Shown here: positions 58,578 through 64,000 of the stretch, in pieces | How the letters are laid out: each line of letters starts with the position of its first letter | Numbering within the stretch: position 1 is the first letter of the stretch | Assembly (NCBI GenBank): GCA_963778755.1 | Contig: CAVZVJ010000010.1 | Coordinates: 34,207 to 98,206 of the forward strand | DNA: 64,000 nt | Reading direction: 5' to 3' | From: an uncultured Acidobacteriota bacterium | Lineage (GTDB): Bacteria; Actinomycetota; Acidimicrobiia; Spongiisociales; ZC4RG35 | Made by a program: the position numbers and the translations under genes | Notes under the pieces: model-generated | What the model was told of the DNA's origin: nothing | What the model saw: only the letters and a program-made list of their open reading frames with translations | The model's database searches: none

Positions 58578-58615
58578 AAGGGGAGGGTCGCCGCAAGGCA
58601 ACCCTCCCCTTTTCT
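58578..58615 (+). terminator. Intrinsic terminator of glnA
   Basis: An 11-bp perfect stem, aaggggagggt (58578-58588) pairing with accctcccctt (58601-58611), is followed by a T-rich tail (ttttct). It is also positioned at the 3' end of the convergent S8 gene. Confidence 0.7.
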
Positions 58616-58626
58616 ATCAAGTGTCT

Positions 58627-59924
58627 CTAGCGGGAGGCCGCGTCGAGAGCGTTGACCATCCCGGATCCGAAGAATGACGTGTTCCCTTTTCCGCCATAGC
58701 AGCGAACAAGGTTCGGGTTGGGTAGGATTTGGGCAGCTGAGTGGAGTGGCACTTCGTGTGATCGCTGCAGCGACCGCTCCTGAGGACCAACCGGGGTGTT
58801 GCTCACGGACCAAGGCAGCCACGCCGGCCACATGGGGCGAGGCCATGGAGGTGCCGCTGATCCAGACGTAGCGTCCTCCGCTGCTGTCCAGCACGGCCCG
58901 ACCGGCGTTTACCAAGGCTCCCCAGTTCGGGGTTGCGTCGGTGCTCGACCACCCAGCCAGGATCCGACCGAATGTCGTTCCTGGGGTCTGTGCGGCATCA
59001 CCGCCGGGAGCGGTCACTGCCACCGGGCCGCCGACATTGGAGTAGCTGGCCAGCGTCGCGACGCCCGAGGCGGAGACGGTTATGACGCCCGGGATCTCGG
59101 CAGGGGCGACCCGGCAGTTGTTGCGGACCTCTCTGACGATTGCCGAATCCGGCGGCCAATCAGGGCTGATGTCGTCGATGACCGGATGACCAAGATCGGC
59201 GAACTCGTTGCCTGCGGCAGCAACGATCGACCACACCTCGCTGCTGCGCATACCGGGCCGCGCTCTGTCATGACCTTGAGCATGGCCTTTTGGTCGGCTG
59301 AGTTCTTGCAGTAGTAGAGGTAAGGATCTGCGAACAGGCTGAGATTCACAACGTCTAGACGGTGATCGCCTGCGTAACGGAGCGCCGCAGCGACAGAGTC
59401 GACGAAGCAGAACCCTGCGATGGTGCATGCCTTGAGGGCCGACGATCGTGGCGTCAGGTGCGACACCGATCGATGCCGATGCCGTTGAGCGGTGCGGCGA
59501 TGGTCGTGGCGACGTGCGGTGCCATGACCTTGAAGATCCTGCACGGCAGCCTTGTTCGTGCAGTCGCCATTGGCGATCTCACCCGGATCTGCGGTAGGCG
59601 TACGCTATCGAAGATGAACGAGCAGGAGAGAGCGACGTCCAGGTTGGCGACGAGATCGGGGTGGGTCATGTCCACTCCACCATCGATCACACCAACTTTG
59701 ACGCCGCTTCCGGTGGCCAATGCCCGCGACTCCGCTCCAACATGGATGGTGCGCATGTCCCACTGGCAGGCCGACAACGGTTCCGGCCCTGATGCGACTC
59801 CAAAATAGGCCTGGCACAAACCGCTCGCTGTTCCCGGGTCGTATGCGGCGGTTCCCGCGGCCATCGCCGCAGGCGCCGAGCCGAGAAGCAGGGCGGCGAT
59901 GCCGATCAGAACGAATTTGCGCAT
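58627..59924 (-). pseudogene. S8 (subtilisin-like) serine peptidase, secreted; about seven frame breaks
   Basis: AAGGAG lies 6 nt before the ATG at 59924. It has the signal peptide MRKFVLIGIAALLLGSAPAAMA. The catalytic Asp is in VKVGVIDGGVD, the His in QGHGTHVATTIAAP, and the Ser in GTSMASPHVAGVAAL. The peptide must be followed through frame changes at about 59600, 59517, 59470, 59438, 59268, 59230 and 58740. The family-like end is ...GGKGNTSFFGSGMVNALDAASR* (stop at 58627). Confidence 0.85.
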
Positions 59925-60008
59925 ATCGACTCCTTCTTTGACGCACTCATTCGGTGGCCGAATTGGCACCATATCACTCCACGCATCCGGTCGTTTATGG
60001 GTCATTAC

Positions 60009-60060
60009 AGGTCGACTCGTTGCGGCTCCGTCCCCACCCCTACGAGTTCCACCTTTACCA
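60009..60060 (+). repeat. Direct repeat copy 2 (non-functional duplicate of the glnA 3' end)
   Basis: The sequence is aggtcgactcgttgcggctccgtccccacccctacgagttccacctttacca. It would encode ...[16 protein letters not shown]..., compared with [19 protein letters not shown] in glnA. It lies 1535 nt downstream of copy 1 and has no upstream glnA body. Confidence 0.8.
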
Positions 60061-60074
60061 TTGGAGTTCTGATC

Positions 60075-60631
60075 ATGCGGAAGCTGATTGCGTGGGTGTT
60101 CATGTACTCGCTCGACGGCCTTCTCGCCGACGAGGGCACCGAGTACTGGCAGTTCTGCTTCGGCCTGCCGGTCGACCCGGCGGAGCAGAAGGAGAAGATC
60201 GACCTTTACCAGAGTGCCTACGCCCACGTCATGGGCCGCGTCGCCTACGAGGCCATGGCCGAGCCCTTGCCCACGTCCGACTACCCGTTCTCCGGAATCA
60301 TGAACGACGGGCGCAAGGTCGTCTTCTCCAGGACTCTGAAGACGGTCGAGTGGGCCAACACGACCATCGCCGCTGGTGACACGACTGAGGAGAACAAGCT
60401 CAGGCGAGGCGGCGACGGCCACATCATGGTCTGGCGCGGCGTTGGCCTCTGGCGGTCGCTCATGCATCTCGACCTGATCGACGAGTTCCGCCTGGACTTG
60501 CACCCCTACGTCGCAGGCGAGGGGTACCGGGCTGTTCGACGACGTCCCCAAGTCCTACCGGCTGACCTGGTCTCCAGCACCGAGTTTTCAACAACGGGAT
60601 CATCGGGCTGCGGTACCGTCGGCACCGCTAA
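60075..60631 (+). pseudogene. Dihydrofolate-reductase-like protein (RibD C-terminal domain family); three frame breaks within 60 nt
   Basis: The main piece is MRKLIAWVFMYSLDGLLADEG...VMGRVAYEAM...KVVFSRTL...IDEFRLDLHPYVAGEG. After about 60527 comes GLFDDVPKSYRLT. After about 60567 comes LVSSTE. After about 60584 comes VFNNGIIGLRYRRHR*, with TAA at 60629-60631. The ORF-track version runs on to 60689 with a non-family-like tail. Confidence 0.7.
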
Positions 60632-60722
60632 GGAGTCGCGCCAACTGCTGAATTGCGGAGCCGTTTGTCGCGTAGCGGTCCGCCGTTAGCCTCGATCGAC
60701 ACGAGCTGAGCGATGGGAGAAA

Positions 60723-61502
60723 GTGGACTCGAAGGTCGTCAGCAAAGAGCTTCGTGAGATCGTTCGCCCGGTGCTCCGAGACGTCGGTTTCACGAAATTC
60801 ACCGGGCGGACCGTGTGGCGTTCCACAGACACCGCCAAGTGGGTTTTGAACTTCCAGTCATTCAGCGCGCACATCGCCGCCGGCGTGGGTTGCCCCACCT
60901 TCTCCTTTAGCCTCCGGCTGGGGATCTACTTCGACTTCGTAGCTTCGTCGGCTGGGCGGGAGGTGATCGCCGATCCCCAGGAATGGGAATGCACGTTCAG
61001 GTTCGCCGGCCTAAAAGGGCTGGAACAGCCTTGGTTTCGCCCTTATGGTCGCCTCCGTGCGGTGGACCGCGATGACGTGTGGTTTGTCAAGGATGATGGT
61101 TCGAACCTCAGCGAAGTGGTGGCCGACGTCCGTTCCGTCGTCGAGGGACCTGGCCTCGCGACCCTTGGCGCGTACCAGGACCCGTTGTATGCCTACTGCG
61201 CGCTATTCGATTACGCCCGACACTGGCCTCCAATGGCCCCCGCAGCCCAGATCGAGGTCACGCCCAGCGGGGCCTACGGATCCCCGCACTGGCGCGAAGT
61301 GGTGACGGCCCTCGGACATCACCTCGGGCGAGATCCCGAGGCAGAAGTCGAGTACGGGGCTTCCCGAGGACCTACTGAGCAAGGTTCTCGGTCGCTGACC
61401 TGCCGATCCCCCCTTGCCTTCCGATGTCGTGTTCCATCGACGACACCTGATTGCGCTGGACAATGCCCCGCTGACCAAGTACTCCTACGACTAGGCACCT
61501 AG
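60723..61502 (+). CDS. DUF4304-like protein
   Basis: It uses a GTG start. The N-terminal VVSKELREIVRPVLRDVGFTKFTGRTVWRSTDTAKWVLNFQSF is the typical DUF4304 opening (from memory). The last 45 or so residues are Cys/Arg/Pro-rich and may be out of frame. A shift near 61363 gives ...GLPEDLLSKVLGR*, ending at 61398. Confidence 0.55.
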   Translation: MDSKVVSKELREIVRPVLRDVGFTKFTGRTVWRSTDTAKWVLNFQSFSAHIAAGVGCPTFSFSLRLGIYFDFVASSAGREVIADPQEWECTFRFAGLKGLEQPWFRPYGRLRAVDRDDVWFVKDDGSNLSEVVADVRSVVEGPGLATLGAYQDPLYAYCALFDYARHWPPMAPAAQIEVTPSGAYGSPHWREVVTALGHHLGRDPEAEVEYGASRGPTEQGSRSLTCRSPLAFRCRVPSTTPDCAGQCPADQVLLRLGT

Positions 61503-61510
61503 TCAAGGAG

Positions 61511-62365
61511 TTGGCTTTGGGATCGGAAGACAGCGGCTTTCGCGAGGGCCTTCAACTGGCGGGGTTGGCCGGCTGGTCGGATCAGATCGAGGCCCTGGAC
61601 AGGGAGTCGGTGCGATTGCACTCTGAAGCGCTGCCCGATGATGGGGACGTCGCGATCGGTGGCAGCAGACTGGGTGGCGATCCCGACCTTCCACCCACGG
61701 CGGTCTGGCCGGAATGGCGGGGAAGGCTCCTGTCATTTGTCGCCCAGATCGCACTGAGCGAGCTGCCGGAGTTGTTCGAAACGCGTCTGCCTTCAAGCGG
61801 CTTGCTGTCGTTCTTCTACGACGTCGAGCAGGAGGCTTGGGGGTTCGACCCACAGGATCGTGGTGCGTGGCGGGTGCTTTGGTCCTCCGAGCAAGAGCTC
61901 GAGCCAAGGAGCACGCCCGAGACAGTCCCCGAGGATGGGAGATATCAAGCCTGTCGGCTGGCAGGAACTGTCGAGATGAATCATGCTCCCTGGGAATCCG
62001 CCGAGCTCGACACTCTGGGAATGTCTCAGGATGAACTGTTTTCGTATGCCGAGGTGGTCGAGGAGGAGGATCCACCGGTTCACCGCCTTCTTGGCCATCC
62101 CGAGCCCATACAAGGTGACATGCAGTTGGAGGCTCAGCTGGTGAGCAACGGTCTCTATTGCGGCGACGAGTCCGGCTATGAGGACCCGCGGGCGGCGGAT
62201 CTTCGCGATGGAGCGGTCGACTGGCGACTACTTCTCCAGATCGATTCTGACGATGCGGCCGGGATGATGTGGGGAGACGCTGGTCGTCTCTACTTCTGGA
62301 TGACGGAGGACGCCATCGAGCGCCGGGATTGGGACTCGGCCTGGATGATCCTTCAGTGCGGCTGA
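61511..62365 (+). CDS. DUF1963 / YwqG-family protein
   Basis: It has GGSRLGGDPDLPPTAVWPEW...LLSFVAQIALSELPE, RLLGHPEPIQGDMQ and LLLQIDSDDAAGMMWGDAGRLYFWM, the canonical YwqG pattern. The ORF-track start is TTG at 61511, directly after AAGGAG. A TTG at 61517 has better spacing. Confidence 0.75.
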   Translation: MALGSEDSGFREGLQLAGLAGWSDQIEALDRESVRLHSEALPDDGDVAIGGSRLGGDPDLPPTAVWPEWRGRLLSFVAQIALSELPELFETRLPSSGLLSFFYDVEQEAWGFDPQDRGAWRVLWSSEQELEPRSTPETVPEDGRYQACRLAGTVEMNHAPWESAELDTLGMSQDELFSYAEVVEEEDPPVHRLLGHPEPIQGDMQLEAQLVSNGLYCGDESGYEDPRAADLRDGAVDWRLLLQIDSDDAAGMMWGDAGRLYFWMTEDAIERRDWDSAWMILQCG

Positions 62366-62413
62366 CGTCTCCCTTGCGTACTGCGTATTGCGGTGCCCGC
62401 CGTCAGGCGGGCA

Positions 62414-63625
62414 TTAGAACACTTCAGGGCACCAGGGTTGGGGATCCCAGGTGAAGGCGGCGTCGGCCGCGGCCAGGGAAGAGGGTTCACCAACGACCCG
62501 ACCGCTTCGTGACATCGCCCGCAGGTGAGATCTCCCCATGTAGATCGCGCTCAGGGCCTCGGCGTCGAGGGTGATCGCTGGCTCGGCGTCGGTCCTCTTG
62601 CACTCGGCACCATCGGGCGTGGCCACAAGGCGGTATCTGCCCTCGATGTCCCCCATTGGGTCGTGGACCTCGAGGACCACGTCCACCGGGGCCGAGTAAG
62701 ACCGCGCCTCGAGAGCCTCTGGGACATCCATGATCCGCACCCAGAGGTTGTCGAATCTCTGGGCCTTGGCCCGTCTCACTCCGGCGAGCAAGTCGAAGAG
62801 TGGGTCTTGGATCGAGCGGCGCGGTGCGGTGACCTCCGCCACCAGGTCGTGGTTGAGGATGTAGCTCCACAGACCGGCCCACGACTCGGGTGTGGTCCCG
62901 AAGAGGTCCTTGATGGTGATCGTCCCGGCGCCATGGCCCTCGTCCCAATCACTCTTGGCCCGATACTGGACATAACCGTCGATCCCGTCTCGTCCTTCGA
63001 CCACGCCGACCCGATATGAGGTGGCTCCTCCTCGTCTCGCCTCTGGGTCAGCGAGAACACGGTGCTCCCACCAGACAGGCGATCGAGCGAAGAAGCCCGG
63101 TGTCGTCGCCCACATGCCCGCGTAGAAACGCGGGAGAAAGGACTGGGCTTCAACGGCATCCACAAGATGCACGGGAGCAGGCACCGCTGCGGAGTTTCGG
63201 AACCCGACATGGTCTCGCTTCACCTTGACGTCGTAGTGGACCGAAGCTTGGCCGAACCCGTACCTGCCATAGATTGCGCTGTCCGAGGCCCAGAGGGCGG
63301 CGATCGGCTCGCCTTGACTGGACACCTCGTCGAGGTGAGCACGCATCATGCCGTTCAGGATCCCCTGACGGCGGTGGGTGGGTATCACCGACACGATCGT
63401 CGTCCCCCCGCACCTGGCGGTGCCTCCGGGGATCGCCATCTCGAGTGAGAAGGCTGCGGCGCTGCTCACCATCGTGGGACCGTCGAAGCCGATCACTGTT
63501 CGCTCCAGGGGAAGGAGTTGAAGGAAGTGTTCGTCTTCAGGCGGATCGAAGCCGAAGGCAAGACCCATCGTCCGAACCAAATCGGGGTACTCGTCGGGCT
63601 CGATTGCCCGAAAGACGACAGCCAT
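62414..63625 (-). CDS. Eis-like GNAT N-acetyltransferase (GNAT + SCP2-like C-terminal domain)
   Basis: This 403-aa protein has VIPTHRRQGILNGMM (the acetyl-CoA-binding R-x-x-G motif). It has a second degenerate GNAT region and a C-terminal sterol-carrier-like domain, as in Eis-family enzymes. Confidence 0.8.
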   Translation of the reverse strand: MAVVFRAIEPDEYPDLVRTMGLAFGFDPPEDEHFLQLLPLERTVIGFDGPTMVSSAAAFSLEMAIPGGTARCGGTTIVSVIPTHRRQGILNGMMRAHLDEVSSQGEPIAALWASDSAIYGRYGFGQASVHYDVKVKRDHVGFRNSAAVPAPVHLVDAVEAQSFLPRFYAGMWATTPGFFARSPVWWEHRVLADPEARRGGATSYRVGVVEGRDGIDGYVQYRAKSDWDEGHGAGTITIKDLFGTTPESWAGLWSYILNHDLVAEVTAPRRSIQDPLFDLLAGVRRAKAQRFDNLWVRIMDVPEALEARSYSAPVDVVLEVHDPMGDIEGRYRLVATPDGAECKRTDAEPAITLDAEALSAIYMGRSHLRAMSRSGRVVGEPSSLAAADAAFTWDPQPWCPEVF

Positions 63626-64000
63626 CAGGCGTCAGGCGTTACGCCGGCCGCGTTCTTGGCGTTCTGGACTTCAGTGTCGAATCCGGCAGCGGATGTGGTG
63701 TAGGCCTCGACCGCTGCAGCCCTTAGCTCACCGGTGTCCGTGGAGTGAAGCCCGTCGACGGCGTCTTGCGCCGCGCCGGCGCAGAAGTTGATGGCCGAGA
63801 CGAGTGCCTCCTGGTTTGTTTCCAACCCCGGAGGCGGTGTCAGTGCCGTCACCCGGTCTGCCAGGGCTTGAGTGTCGGCCACCACAGCGTCGAGCCTGGT
63901 CCCGGCTTCATCTAATTCGACTGTTCGGGGGTCGGCGTCGAATCCGTCGTTCACCGTCACCATCTCGGTGACCAAAAGCTGAAGCTCGCCGTTGATGGAG
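63625..64000 (-). CDS. Hypothetical protein, C-terminal part; the frame is open to the window end
   Basis: The ORF-track start at 63975 is a TTG, but the frame has no stop up to position 64000 (...SINGELQLLVTEMVTVNDGF...). Its stop overlaps the Eis-like start (ATGA). I recognise no family. Confidence 0.4.
   Translation of the reverse strand, partial: SINGELQLLVTEMVTVNDGFDADPRTVELDEAGTRLDAVVADTQALADRVTALTPPPGLETNQEALVSAINFCAGAAQDAVDGLHSTDTGELRAAAVEAYTTSAAGFDTEVQNAKNAAGVTPDA

Noticed and set aside
58536-60008. An active mobile element (IS or integrative element) carrying the S8 gene
   Set aside because: There is no transposase, integrase or terminal inverted repeat. Only the direct repeat of the glnA end is present, so at most this is a remnant.
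59954-60379. A 141-aa plus-strand ORF upstream of and overlapping the DHFR-like gene
   Set aside because: Its only protein-like part is the duplicated glnA tail ([12 protein letters not shown]). The remainder is out of frame with the DHFR-like gene, which has a proper RBS and family motifs.
61098-61107. A ggttcgaacc string resembling a tRNA T-arm
   Set aside because: It lies inside the DUF4304-like coding frame. No acceptor, D or anticodon stem can be drawn around it. I found no tRNA anywhere in the window.

Overview
This is a visibly GC-rich, almost fully coding chromosomal segment of about 60 genes. It carries actinobacterial hallmarks: a PAC2 protein, Lnt, an LCP-family protein, an Eis-type GNAT, GlnA type I, and split PurS/PurQ/PurL. 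I cannot name the species.

Two metabolic themes dominate.
- A complete purine-oxidation and uricolysis cluster lies at 23.3-35.7 kb. It holds allantoinase, allantoicase fused to OHCU decarboxylase, HIU hydrolase, uricase, a CNNM/CorC transporter, an unknown protein with a malate-synthase/CitE-like fold, an 8-oxoguanine-type deaminase, a three-subunit xanthine-dehydrogenase-family enzyme, and an adenine/adenosine deaminase.
- Ten de novo purine genes (purM, F, L, Q, S, C, B, E, D, A) are scattered over 36.6-56.9 kb among unrelated genes.

The rest is housekeeping and envelope functions. These include copZ-copA, a Kv-like K+ channel, an M3 peptidase, acs, TrpB2, an arylsulfatase, a class-III aminotransferase, an FG-GAP/ASPIC protein, pfk, glnA, and acyl-CoA dehydrogenase.

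I found no rRNA, tRNA, CRISPR array, transposase, integrase, or recognisable defence or toxin system, and no transcription factor gene. I cannot point to a convincing new multi-gene system.

The observations most worth a second look are these.
- (a) By hand translation there are about 30 reading-frame breaks inside otherwise well-conserved genes. They are concentrated at 53.2-60.6 kb but spare glnA in the middle of that tract.
- (b) A duplicated piece of the glnA 3' end brackets a 1.5-kb segment that carries a decayed S8 peptidase gene.
- (c) A family of REP-like intergenic elements bounded by G6/C6 runs occurs at four or more loci.
- (d) The allantoicase::OHCU-decarboxylase fusion and the uncharacterised malate-synthase-like protein both sit in the uricolytic cluster.
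- (e) Several small or uncharacterised genes stand out: a Zn-ribbon mini-protein, a DUF6325-like/SHOCT pair, and a DUF4304/DUF1963 immunity-like pair.

All homology statements rest on motif recognition by eye. No database search was run. DUF names are from memory.
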